From assembly GCA_028023455.1 (NCBI GenBank), contig JAQFVV010000002.1, forward strand, positions 27,590,001 to 27,654,000: a DNA stretch of 64,000 nt. The letters are read 5' to 3'. This document shows positions 1 to 13,071 of the stretch, in pieces. Position 1 is the first letter of the stretch; each line of letters starts with the position of its first letter. The notes beneath the pieces were generated by a model. The model was not told the origin of the DNA, made no database searches, and worked only from the letters and a program-made list of their open reading frames with translations. Made by a program: the position numbers and the translations under genes. Source of the stretch: Epiperipatus broadwayi (Eukaryota > Animalia > Onychophora).

Positions 1-498
1 TATAATTATGCTTATAGTTGCTCTAAGGAGTTAGCTGCGGACCTCTCATAGATCTCTTGATCTCGTGCTCCTTTATGTAATATAAACCATTTCTTATATA
101 TATTTTTGGATATTAATACTACTTAATATCTTCTCTTATAATATCTTATCTTATTTATATATATCAACAATATCTTAACATTGGACTTCACTTGCCATGC
201 TTTTTTGGAATGTGGTGAATTTGACATTTTCATTAAACCATTTGAAAGCTTGTGTTTTCTCTAAAAGAATAGAATTTTACATTATTCCAATTTTTAACCC
301 ATTACAAAAAATTGTCAAATATACCAAATGCACTTTACAAAAAAATGTGATATGTGGCACCACGATTTCACATGGTAATGTAATTGGGCAAATTGATGCA
401 AAAGGGTCCGCCACAAGAGGTATGTAACAGTAAAAGCATGAATGACAACAGATGCACTTAAGAAAACAATTCCAATTATTTTTGGGTTCCTCCCTGTA

Positions 499-1410
499 TA
501 TTGAATAATTTTTAATATTGTTTAAAGTAATTTATAAAGCACTTAATAAAAGATAACTTAAAACCTGAATGAAGTTCGCAATTTTTGCCTAGTGCACTTT
601 CAACTAAGTTATATTAGTCGAAAGTGCAATAGGCAAAAATTGCAAACTTTATTCAGATTTTATGCTATCTCATATATGGTTTTGTGTATAGTTATTTCAT
701 TTCCTAGAAATATTGGGCACCAAAATTTTCAACGTTAATAAAAGACTGTTAATTTATTGAACTGGATAATTTTCAATATTGTTTAAAATAATTTATAGAA
801 CAATGTAGAAAAGTTACCTTTTTTAAAATTACCATAGGTCAACATTTTTTAAAAGATAAATAATCCGACCACGCTTATTTTTTTTTTATTGATTTATTAC
901 TTAAATTGAGCCTATATTTTTAGCAGTATATACTTATTAGAATTTTAGTTAATTAATGAAAGTTGATACTACATAGCAAATTTGAAACCATTCCCCATCC
1001 TCCACTTAAAATTCGGTAAATTCCTTAATATATTTGTATACATAAATCACAATAATATATTTTAAGGGATTCTATAAAGTATAATATTGGATAATTTTTA
1101 ATAATGTTTAAAGTAATTTATAAAGCACTTAATAAAAGTTTGTTAATTTATTACACACACTGCTATTATTTTTAAAACTAAGTAATTTATTGTATTGGAA
1201 AATTTTTAATATTGTTTAAAGAAATTTATAAAAGCATTGTAGAAAAGTTAGCCTTTTTTTTTATCATAAGTTGACATTTTTTGAAGATAAATAATGAGGC
1301 TACCACTCGCACCAATTTTTTTTTTTTATTGATTTGTTGTTTAAATTCAGCATATGTTTTTTACTAGCATAAATTCATTAGTACTTTAGTTAATAAATAG
1401 AGATAAATTC
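499..1410. repeat. Diverged local duplication of an AT-rich unit (499-970 vs 1088-1410)
   Basis: Shared motif ttggataatttttaatattgtttaaagtaatttataaagcac at about 499, 761, 1088 and 1195. Blocks 761-970 and 1195-1410 are colinear. Confidence 0.75.
553..734 (+). mobile_element. Foldback insertion with a hammerhead 3' half at its axis, 10-bp TSD (PLE-derived)
   Basis: Inverted arms 553-607 and 614-668. TTAATAAAAG is duplicated at 543-552 and 735-744. The paralogous empty site at 1129-1138 has one copy. Confidence 0.8.
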
Positions 1411-2113
1411 TAAATTGTCTTTATTTTAAAAAATCTATTTAGAAATTTGAAACTATCTTTTTTTTAATCAGTTAAATTAAATTTCCATTTAAAGCTATGT
1501 ATGCAAGTGTGTCAGTAGTTAGACTCAATTTTTAAGTATTCAAACTTTGTATTAAAAAAAGAACACAGTAAATAAGCAATATTTTTAAAACAATTAAGTA
1601 TCATAAAGAAAAACTTCATAGCCTATAAAACTCTACAAAAAAAAAAAAAAAGAAAATCATGCAAGATTCATCAAGATTGGTGCAATATTTGTTGAGTTAT
1701 AAAGTGACACATGACTTTCTTCCATATTTTTACTAAACATTTTCTTGACCAATCTTATATTTTTAAATGCTAATAAATGTAGAATTTGTTATTTTTGCTA
1801 CATATATATTAATTGAAGATTTTCTAAGTCTTACAAATGCAAACAATGAAATATAACTGCATTTTATTTGTGCAATAATCTAGATAAAATTTTAGCAGAC
1901 AACAACAATTAATTAAACCTGCTAGGGCAAGCTGAATCACATTATTTAGTATAAATAAAAAATATTAACTTAAAAATGAAGTTAAAAAAGAGAAGTTATA
2001 AATAAATATAATAAAAATAAGCTAAACTTTTTCAAGGATCCATGCCTCATAATCATAGCTTTCTTAAAAATACATAATAAAATATATACAAAGATATATA
2101 AAATTAGCACGTG

Positions 2114-2603
2114 TTACGTGGACCATTTCTTTGATATATCAAAGCAAGTGTCTTTTCTATTTATAGAATTAATATTTCCATTAATATAGAATGCTTCTTT
2201 TATTTTCCTCTTATGATCATTTGATTCAGTGCATAAAATTACAGGATTGGAAGGAATAAAATTGTGTCCAGATTTCATGGAATGCTCCAAAAATACAGAA
2301 GATATATTGTTGTTCTTCTGAGCTCTCTTGTAAGTGTATGTGTTGAGCAAGCCTAATATTAATAGAAGCTTTAGTTTCACCATAATATACAGCAAGACAT
2401 TTTTCTTGAGGACATGAAATGGAATAAACTACATGTGGGGTGAATGAACGATCAATATGATCTTTTGAGTTGTTGATCAATCTATTAGAATTAGGAGGAG
2501 TTCTAAATCCAATTTTAAACTTATTGAATAATGCTTTAGTTAATTTGTTAGATATTTTGGAAATGTAAGAAATAGTAATTCTAGGAAGTTGAACACATGG
2601 TAC
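2114..2603 (-). mobile_element. Penelope-like retroelement 3' fragment: linker plus GIY-YIG endonuclease, one frameshift near 2335
   Basis: Translation ITISYISKISNKLTKALFNKFKIGFRTPPNSNRLINNSKDHIDRSFTPHVVYSISCPQEKCLAVYYGETKASINIRLAQH / SSVFLEHSMKSGHNF...KRKIKEAFYI...INRKD has the VY-x-I-x-C, YYGET, R-x3-H, EH..GH and KRKIKEA.YI motifs of the PLE endonuclease. Confidence 0.88.
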
Positions 2604-3235
2604 AAAACTTTATTTTATTATTTTTTTAATTTAGTATAAAAATAAAATTTTGTCTGACCCTTATTAAACAAAAAATGGAACTATTTTAACTTAAAACTCT
2701 ACTTGACGTAAAGTTTTAAGTTAGACATAAATACTTTATATGTTTAAAATATAATAACTTCTTTGAATTTTCATATGCAATCAAGCTTTTCTCACAAAGA
2801 ATTATATATATATATATTGTGAGAGTAGCTTAAAATTGGCACTCACAATGACCTTAGCCATCGGAAATGTTGAACAAAACTTTAATCAGGATTTATATCT
2901 GATAGGATTAAAAAAAAAATGTTGGTAACATATTGTTTATAAAATTTGAAGAAATAAATGTGAATAACTATAAAGACATAATTAAATAGTTATTCTATAA
3001 TTGAATTTGAAACCGTATATTACTATATTTTATACACACATATATACGTGAAGTAAATTGAATATTAACTGTTAAATAATTCCAAATAAACACTAAAAAA
3101 AATTTTGTACAAACATATATATATATGATGTTAATTATTTCGTGTTATATGTTTTTTCGTCATCGACAAACATTAAACGATGACAAACTAATCATGGTAA
3201 TGAACAAAGATCAAGGGCGACACTAAACTACTCAG

Positions 3236-3323
3236 ATAAGAGTGAAGTAATAAAGCATAATTTAACCTCAGAAATCGAATAAGAGTGAAGTAATAAAGCA
3301 TAATTTAACCTCAGGAATCGATA
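3236..3323. repeat. Two-copy tandem duplication, period 43 bp
   Basis: ataagagtgaagtaataaagcataatttaacctcag(a/g)aatcga occurs twice (agtgaag at 3241 and 3284). Confidence 0.9.
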
Positions 3324-6300
3324 ATAGCAATTCACGAATAAACACAATAGACACGTGGAGAATAAGGTTGCTATGGAGAAGTCAACTAAAAGAAAAAGAT
3401 TAACAAGCATTTTTTGTTCAACATGAAAACTGTCATTTGAAATCTTTTTTAACTTTGTAAAACAAATTTGTCATAGGATTTCGAAAAACCAACTAGAGAT
3501 TTTGCAGATAAACAAATTATGCAGATAAAGTTAAGCAGTCGGTGAATAAGAAATCATTTCAAACTTCTAAAGAAACCTGTGGAATACATATATATATAGC
3601 TAATATGATAGATGCTAGAACAAGCAAATTTTATCGCATTTAAAAAAAAAAAAATTTCTTTTGACTTCAAGACGTACTTTTTGCTAGAGCAATCGATTGT
3701 TGTGGGGTAGAGCATCAATGCCATAGCCATGGAAAGTATATAGTCAAAATTCTACATTTATAGTTTCTGACATACTTACTTCATATAGCATGGAATGATT
3801 AAAAGAAGAACAGAAGAAAACCAGAGTCCACCAAAGCAGAATTGTTAACAGCGCGCTACACAACAGCAACTGTGAACGATTCACGTTATGGAGAGATGAG
3901 TACACGTAAATTCTGTGAAGAACTTTAATGAAATGAGCCTGATGATCGACTACTGAAATATATATATATTTTATTGTGTTACGCGTTATGAATATTTTTT
4001 TTTATGAATGTATTATTATTTATTAATTCATTTTTATTTTGTGGAAATGTTTATTATTATGATTCGACATTTTGGGAGAATTCAACTTAACAGAACGCGA
4101 AGAGAATGGGGGAGGGGAAGGTTCAGTTTAGCCCAAATTCTTTTTTTTTTAAAATAAAATATAGATTCAATTTTCCGTCCCAAGCGCTTGATCATTGTTC
4201 ATGACCATTTGCTTGAAATTTGGAGGCAAGAATTTATTATTATTATTTTTTGACATTAATGACACACATTTATGAAAGCAAAGTTGTGTTATATATTGTT
4301 TGTTTTACTAATAGTAGTTACTTAAGTATTTCTGTATAAACGATTAACTTCCTGGATAAATCTGCTGTGCTATCATATTTAATAATGTTTCTTTATTATT
4401 ATGTGATAAATGACAGGGGGGTCTCTAGGCAAGTTAAATCACTATAACTTGAGCCATGAGTCGAATCAATGGGGACGTTAAATATTAAATTTATTAGTTA
4501 CGTGGATAATTAAGCCAATAGTATGATTTTAATTAAAGATGCTCATTACAGGCATTTAAACTGTAAATATGTATGTATAATCTCATATCCATTTGTAAAT
4601 ATTTTTAATATCTGTTTAAGTTGTTCAAGTTTATTTACTGTTTAAGTAGAGTTTATTTTTGTAAATAAATGTTGTAAATTTTGTTGAATAAATGAAATCT
4701 CTATAATTTATTGAATAAGCCTTTGCATTCACCTATAAAGCCAATACCCTACCTATATATACACACACATTATATTATCACTATAATATTAAGTTCTTAG
4801 ATAACAGTCATTTATGAATGCTAACTTGGGTAAGCTGATCTGACCACGAGTATGTGTAACTACAACCCTGTTAAAGAGATGAACGCGAATTCTTCCTGAG
4901 TTCGAACACTGAAGCAACGGATCCAAAAGAGAATGGTGAGATGTGGATGAACTGACTTAAATTGCATGTAAATTTGTCAGATAAGATTTAGGCTAGTCTG
5001 TTAAAGATGGATGTAATCATGAGTCATGTACTTCGTGTCGTCTCCAACATCCTACATGAAGACCTTAGGTCCGTCCGTAGTCAGATGCGATCTTCTCTTT
5101 CCATGTCATCGACCGAACTGTTACATCATATTAATTTAAAGATCTTCATGGACTTATCGCTGTATTTTTCCCATATAATAATCTGGATAAAATTTAGGCT
5201 ATAATATTTAGGCAATAATCAATCAATGATGCCAATGCACGCTGAATCCATGCCATCAGTAATATTTTTTGTCTAACTCATATTAAATCAAAAGAACTTA
5301 TAGTTCAACATGGATCAAACAAATATTATGCTAGATGATGCAATTTCAGCTTGTGACATCAATTTTAATTTGTTGTTACTGATTACTTTATAACTGTAAT
5401 TTTATGTAAATTATTATACGGAAAATATACCATTATATTTCAATGTTTATATATATGTAATCTATTAAAGGAATATAAATTCCTTACATTCAATCAGTTA
5501 TGTATGATGAAAAAAAATCAAATTCCTTTGCATGACAAAACTTTAGAGAGAATCCATCAAATAACTTGAAAACATTGATTTTCACAATCAACAAAACAAC
5601 ACCATCTGTTATTAATATTATAAACACAAACAATTAAATATTAAAACTTAAAAACTTTGACCGATCAAATCATATCAAAATATGTAATCAAATATATTTA
5701 ACAATAAAATCTTTAATGGAAAATGCATAAACACTGAAAACAATATGATTAAATAGTAAATTCATAAAAAAGCTGAAATTACATTTAAAATTTTTTAAAG
5801 ACGACTCTGGTACAAATAACAGGTTATGAAAGGAATAAAAAAAAAAAAAAGCAAATTGCTTTGGTTTAATGATATTAAACTCTATTAAATAATGAAAGAC
5901 AGAAGAAAATAAAAATATATAAATATTAAACAAATGCAATATTTATGAAAACACTGACTGACTAATGGATATTATAAATCAATTTTTGGTTAATATACTT
6001 TCTAGTAGAAGGCATTGTATTCTTAAAATGTTAAACAAGCTAATGGCTGAAAATGTGAAGTAATCTAACTTGCATAGAATTAAATAAATCTGACATGAAT
6101 TATAAAGAATCTGCACTTTTTTTTTTTACTGATAAGAATGATGGGGTGAAGCGTTTATCACTGGTATATATATTAAATAAACAATAAACACAGCATGCAA
6201 ATAGATTTTGAAAGTGCCCCCCCCTTTCCCTCCAAACAATATCTATTAATTACTCAAGGATTACATAACCATTATTAGAGTGAATGGATAACAGACTTCT

Positions 6301-9200
6301 TGCTGCCTATTCTGCAAATAGTATGCGTTTATATATGAAACCAATATCTCTACTTAGAAAACAGAATTTAAAATAAATTATAAAATCACATATCAAAACT
6401 ATAAAAATATATTAATGCAAATACTACTGTGAGGGGTAAATATGGAAAGAGTTATCGAAGTGAGTCTTTATATATAAAAAAGACACGTTGTAAAAACACT
6501 TCAAATATTAAGCATTCTTTACAAAATAATAAATTACTTAAGCTACAGATTGAGAACACATAAGATTAAAAAAATGATGAATCTTTACAAAGTAATAGCA
6601 CAACAAAATTGATGTGATTACACTATAGAATTTCATACCAATATCTACTATATATGGAATGGTTACACCTGTTTCAAACAACCAGCTAATAAAGCAAACA
6701 ATTTCTATTGAAAATAGTTGAAATCACATAGTAAATACCATTCAAACAGATAATCCAAAAGTATGAATAGATCTCTTTTTTTTTTCCAAATCTTCGGACA
6801 TGTGCAAATGAGGTTAAAGTAAACTATCAACTTTTAGAATGAGTAATAATATATAACAACCACATACATTATGATGACTAGCAAAAAGGAATCAACTCAT
6901 CCATGTTGACTTGGGCAAGAGACAATCTCTTATGTTTTATATCAACAAAATATTCTTTATTACCTGATAATTTACTAATACTAAATTATTTTCCCTATAG
7001 CTAGCACAAATTTTATCAATATTATTACTCATGTAATTCAGATTCTCATATAATTAAACATTACCCAGCATTGGGATGACAATTAAACAAAAAATAATCT
7101 TATCTATATCTTTTTGCAATGAGATTTAACAAATTCATAAAAACAGCTGTTAAAGATTCTATAACAGAAATAATATACTTCAGGATAATTAATTTAATTT
7201 TCTAAAAGCTAAAATTGCCGACAAATTAAAAAAAAAACTTTTCATTAGTTATGTGAGACGCAGTTCAAAAATCAATACCTTCAGGGGGTTTGGTGAGAAT
7301 AGAAACATTTGTAAATAAAATTATATACATGAGACTTTTAAGCTCGAAATTAACATGAACAGAAAAATCATCATTAGAACAGAATTCTAGATTTCTTTTT
7401 CATAAAAGTTACTTTAACAATCTAGTAAAAACCGGATTGCTGAACTTGTTCATGATCATCATAAACTAGGGAGAACTCTAAAGTAGATAACATATTTTTA
7501 AAGGTCATAACATTTTTTCCAAAGAATGACTAGTAAAACCATTCACCAAGATTATCCATTCAAAAACCATTCCTAACATTTAGTATGAATGCAACAATAT
7601 AAGTTTTAAAATCAAATAAACTTAACAATAATAATAATAAAAAAAAAAACCTTAGCAAAAATTAAGTCACTGGTTGAGAACTATTTATCTTTCAAAACAA
7701 ATTGTATATTAATCTACTCACAATGGATTAAAACACGACTGGGGAAAAAAAATCCTAAAATTCATAAAAGCTGAAAAAAATATTAATTTACTCGACATAA
7801 GTTGCTCACCTATCGAAAAAATTCAAAAACCTCTAAATAATAGTTGCATCAAAACCAAAATTGTATTTCACATTAGGGTTCAATTCTCACATCTATTTTA
7901 TTTACCAATGATCTTTCACAGAAAATTCATTTATAATGATGACATTATCATGATATTATAAAATAGATCTTCCCTAGAAATAGAAAATTTGATTTTTTTA
8001 TTTTTTTAAAGACTAAAGATGTTATATAATTTCCTGCAACAATAAAATAATTACCCAATGCTACTTAGGAGTTGATCTAGACCATAAAATAAATTATTCC
8101 ATCAAGTCCTTTGGAAAGCCAGGTATCATTACTTGAAATTGTAAGAAAAATACTCTATAAACAGCTTCTATAGTATTTGCACATTTTACTATTGAACATT
8201 GTATTCACACCATTTGGAGAAAATGTACTTATTCTAAACTTCTGGATATGCACTGAAAGTACTATTATAAGAAATATTACTAGTACACCCAAGACACGTT
8301 TCTTTTATAGTACTTTTCCATTCCTTCATATATTCATCAACTATATCAGAAAACATTTGTTTCATAGAAAATGTATAAAAAGCAATTAAATAAATCAGAA
8401 ATACCAAAATCTCAACATATAGTTTCATTGTCATATGTTTAAGATTTAATTTTTCTTCTTCCGAAAGTTCAACCCAAAAATCCATTAAACAACATCAACA
8501 GATACCAAACATTTTTTTTCTTTTTCAGATGCAAGAGTAGAGCCACATGAATTTAATCATATTTGACCTTATTGCTCATTAATAATTAGAAAATACGACA
8601 GAATTGAAGAATTTGATAAATCATGAATTCATTTATCATTGCCTGATTATTAAAATTGATATAAATTCTTCTTATCATGATTGTGAAAAGCTAATTGTCT
8701 CAGAAAAAAACAAACAAACTATAATTAGCTAGTTTCTAGACAAGTGATAAAGTAGTGCTATCTAGTATCAAAAAGTCAAAAATTTCCTACAGCAATTAAA
8801 TTTAAACTTAAATAATTAAAATATAATTATCGTGGTTAATTGACTTGGATTCAGAACTTAAAATATTAAAATGAAACTTCGAGAATTTAGAGAGCTACAT
8901 TTCAGAAAATGTAAAACAAAATATATGCCTAACAGTATTTGAGTTAAGCTTTATATTGAAAAAATAGCAAAGTATGCCTAATGCATTTTCATCTAATTAA
9001 TCATAATCATGGCATTGATGATGAAAAAAAAATTGTGGCATTCATTAGATAAAGGAAACAATTTGCCTATTTGAATGGCAAATAAGTTATTTATATTGGC
9101 CATTTTTTTGAAAAGAAAAAGCAGAAATCTTTTTTGTGAATTGCATGTTTTTCTCTGGCAATGTGCCAGGCCTCTTTTAGCTTGGGTTTGGCATCGTTAC

Positions 9201-9261
9201 GTTCAGAGTAGACATCACTGGCAAATGTAGATTCGAAGGTATGGCCAAGATTGGATTTGTG
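9201..9261 (-). other. Candidate stop-containing (poison or alternative terminal) exon of the striatin gene
   Basis: Lies in a GC-rich unique island (about 9150-9305). CTGAC branch point 22 nt upstream of tctatgag|CAC; upstream U-tract and (UG)n. Phase-1 reading is TQIQSWPYLRIYICQ*. The GAG acceptor and AAC|gtaacg donor are both weak. Confidence 0.35.
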
Positions 9262-10366
9262 CTCATAGAAGATTGATTTGGCGTCAGTTTGAGTTTTGGC
9301 ATGGTTATATTAAAATTTACATTACACACACACACAAAAAAAAAACCCAACAGAACCACTGGATGAATCTTGACCCTCTTGATTACAGTTATATGTGTTC
9401 TGTCATGTAACATATATTGATGCTTATATAGATTGGTTTTAGGGAACAAAAATAAAAGTAAGATTTTAGTGTATATAACAATTTAGATATAAAAAAGTAA
9501 CAAGAATAAAGCAATAACCAAAGCAAAGACAATATATTACTAGTAAAGAAAGAAGCTATGTTAAAAAGATTGGGTGATCATTTTAAGTGATATCAATTAA
9601 CTATTAATAATTCATCGGAGTTAATAAAATTTTTTTTTACTGATGTGAATAAGGAGAAAATGAGTTTTTCAGTTTAATCTTACGTTAAGTCAAGATACTG
9701 CTGAAAAACTGACTATTCATATTTCTAATATAACAGGTTGTTATATATATATATAAAATCACTTTGGATTTATAAAAAAATAGTCATACGAGATAAAATC
9801 AGGTGATGAGATTAAAAAGAATTAGGATAAAGATCCAAATAAAATGTCTTCTTATGGAAAAGATAGATATAGAAATAATAGCAAGACAGAAATGTCCATT
9901 TCCTGTTTTGTTTAATATGAATGTCATGCTGAAATCCAGGTCAATATTGAATATAGCATATGTGAGCTAAACAAAATTGGAGGGAGCATATATATAAAAA
10001 GTTTGAAATAAAAATTAAAATTATGATTAAAAAAGAAAAAAATAAACAAACAAAAAATTGCTTATTAAGAAAGTGGAATATAACTGATTTCAACAAAATC
10101 AAAAAATAAAAGTTACTAAGAGAATAGTTTTATCTAGAACAGACTCGATTTATTGAGGAGAAAAGGTAAATGGTTTCAAAAAATGAATAAAGCAGAAGAA
10201 AAGTATCATTGCCCAGATATTTAAAGGGAGAGAAATTATGAGGAATATGCAAAAAAAAAAAGAAAAAAGGATGACTATGCATGCTGAAGTATAAAGCAAT
10301 AGATATTCAAGGGGGGAAAAATAATTTGATCTTGAACCAATCATTCAACAATTAAAAAAAAAAAAT

Positions 10367-11456
10367 CACTTGATCATTTCGTATGCTTAAACACGCTGTT
10401 AATAAGAGTGTCACCCTCTCCATACAGTAGTGACACCAAGTGCAAGCCTTCAAAATCAATGGATGCAAGAAGGTTTGTGCCTAAAATCCCTATCTAGTGT
10501 CTACTCATTCTACATCCCCAGACTAGTTTCTAGCTTTCATCAGTGAGGAGCCTTGGATTTGAGAACACTGCACCTAGATCTTAGAATTTAATGCAATTCT
10601 CCAGCAGCCACCTTTTACCTATTTGGTTAACTATAAAGTTAGGAGCCCAACATGAAATTACAATAACATTTCCAACCCAAGCTCATTTGCATTGTATAGT
10701 CATAGAGATTTGAACTCAGTTCAGCATCTATATATTTTGGTGTCTTTGATTTTTAAAAATCACAGTCATCATTAACCTATGGGCAGGATAGGTACAAAAC
10801 TATCACTTCATCACCATTTCCTATACTTACACATGCTGTTAATAAAAGTACCAAATAGTTAAAAGGTAACTGCTGGAGTGGCTCCTCAATTATGAAAGCC
10901 ATAAGCTAGAAACTAATCTGGGAATGTATGATGAATAGGCACTAGAAAGGAATTGTATGCACAAACTTTCCTGCATTCATTGATTACAAATGCTTGCACT
11001 TGGTGGAACTACTGTATGGAGAGTGTTGTACTCTTATTAACAGTATATGTAAGCATATGAAATGGTGATCAAGTGTTTTGATGGTTTTGTACCTATCATG
11101 CCCATAGGATAATGGTGACTGTCATTTCTGAGCTGTATAAATGCTGAACTGAGTTCAGATATAAATGAGTTTGGGCTGGAAACATTGTGGAGTTTTCATC
11201 TTCCTAGCTTTATAATTAACCAAAAAGGTAATGGGTGGCTGCTTGAAGGTTGCATTAGATCCTAAGATCTAGGTGCAGTGCTCCCGAATCCTTAGGCTCC
11301 TCACTGATGAAAGCCACGAGCCAGAAATTAGTCTGGAAATGTCGAATGAGTAGGCACTAAATAGGAATTTTATGCATAAACCTTCCTGCATCCAGTGATT
11401 GTGAAGGCTTTCATATGGTGGCACTATTGTAGGGAGAGTGTGGTATTCTTAAAAAA
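10367..11456. mobile_element. Head-to-head foldback of a tandem, hammerhead-bearing, about 415-440-nt monomer (retrozyme or PLE pLTR-like)
   Basis: 10367-10850 is the reverse complement of much of 10851-11456. Three HHR copies (minus core 10543-10537; plus cores 10889 and 11304). The tail motif repeats at about 10395/10836 and about 11029/11444. Confidence 0.8.
11299..11338 (+). ncRNA. Minimal type-I hammerhead ribozyme motif (R.R variant at the base of stem II)
   Basis: CCTCA CTGATGA A AGC CACGA GCC A GAAA TTAGTC TGGAA. Family consensus has palindromic stem III ACTAGT, a GUC triplet and stem I CCUCA/UGGGG. Confidence 0.7.
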
Positions 11457-11904
11457 GAAATATTCAAGCGCTGACAATGGATAATATCATGTTAATTTAG
11501 TTCGATCAATAGTTAAAAAAAATTTTTTTTAATAATAATCTAGAATAAGTTTGAGAGACAAATTTACACAATGAATGAAGAAACCAACTTAATATCTACT
11601 CAATATATATTTTTTACTTTCATGGAAATAACTGCAATTTTAGAAATCAAAAATGCAAAACGCTTTGTAAAATTTCAATAGAAAGTAAAAACGTTTGTTA
11701 AAATTCTTTAATATTGTACTTTTTTTTCTAATTTCCAATGATAAATATTGGTTTCTATTGCAAGGACTGCAGTTAATTAATAAATTGCTATTAAAGCTTT
11801 TAAGTTTTTAACTAGCATTAGTTAAAAAACAACAACAGGCATTTAAAATGTATGTTCTTTAAAAGTCATTAACCTCAAAAAATAAAACCTTAAATATAGT
11901 TATA

Positions 11905-12955
11905 CACCTGGGTCTCGTTTTACGTGATAGGTTCCTCAGAAAACACGCGCAAACGAAATCACGCAAAAATAGACGTAACTTACATTAAAAAAGGGGGAAT
12001 GCGGTCTGTGATTTTTCAAAATTCGCGTAAAAGCAAAGCACCAACATAAAATTACTTTAAAATTCGCGCGCAAAAAAAAATAAGGAAATAAAATATGACT
12101 AATAAAAAATTTCAAATTTGAAAAAAATTGATACAAGACAAACTTTTTTTAACTATAATATTTAATTTTATTCAAAATAATATATTTTTATGCATAATTT
12201 ACATTACAGTAATTTACATTTTTTTTATACACGTTTTAATTATTATTGCTATTTGCCGAAAAACATGTTCGTTTGCAAGCGCCAACTTCACACTCATGTT
12301 GTGTCAATGGTTTTCTGGTGACAACGTAATTAATCTTTGAGACGATGATTTTATTAATTGTTTATGAAACTAACAACTAAAAATTAAATTATTTTTGTCT
12401 TTAATTTTCAATTCCGTTTAAAAATCAAATTTCACATCACCTTAATTTCAGTTGCCGTAAGTAATTTTTAAATTGTTAATTACAATTAAAAATCAGATTT
12501 TAATTTTTAATTGTCAAATTTAATTGTGCCCATTGCTATTACTCACCTTTTAAAAATAAACTTGTGGACACTAAATGATTAATAATTGATGACGTTCTTT
12601 TTTAAAAAGCAAAAACAGAATGTGATTTAAAATGCAAAATTAACACACACAATGTTTGAACAAATTTACATTATAATCTTGTAAAATTTAATGTGTGTAT
12701 ACATAAAATGTGGAAATCATGATTTTAATTTCATTATTGCATAAAATCTTACTATTATAATGCACTGAAAATATTGAAATTACTAAGATGAAAGTCGAAT
12801 TCCAATAATGTGCTATTACTTTCAATATAACGTAAGTGCGCGAAATTTATTATTTAAAGTAATAGCGCATTATCGGAGTTCGACTTCCGGTGAAACATAA
12901 ATCGCGTAACTTCAAAATCGTGATAAATAAGTCCGCGTAAAAAGAGACCCAGGTG
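11905..12955 (+). mobile_element. Non-autonomous Tc1/mariner-superfamily (pogo/Tigger-like) element, 1051 bp
   Basis: Terminal inverted repeats (TIRs) CACCTGGGTCTCGTTTTACG...CGTAAAAAGAGACCCAGGTG flanked by TA on both sides. No ORF. Second copy at 23037-24051. Confidence 0.85.
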
Positions 12956-13071
12956 TATATAAAATTTTAAAATTATTATTAAATTAGCTATTTTTACAAT
13001 ACTACTTTTGTCATTAAAATATTTATTACATTTAATCTATATAATAAACTGACTAATGAATCTGGTAAATA

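Noticed and set aside
3930-3970. CTGATGA TCGACTACT GAAA TATATA hammerhead-like string
   Set aside because: No credible stem II or stem I. Possibly a very old remnant but not supportable.
4840-5260. GC-richer stretch with a GDDT motif on the minus strand (possible LINE RT relic)
   Set aside because: Several stops and no second RT motif that I could align with confidence; left unannotated.
9181-9238. Plus-strand exon-like segment ttttag|...GAAG|gtatgg (LGFGIVTFRVDITGKCRFE)
   Set aside because: No other plus-strand exons or recognisable protein. The minus-strand reading fits the host gene phase and has a branch point. Not fully excluded.
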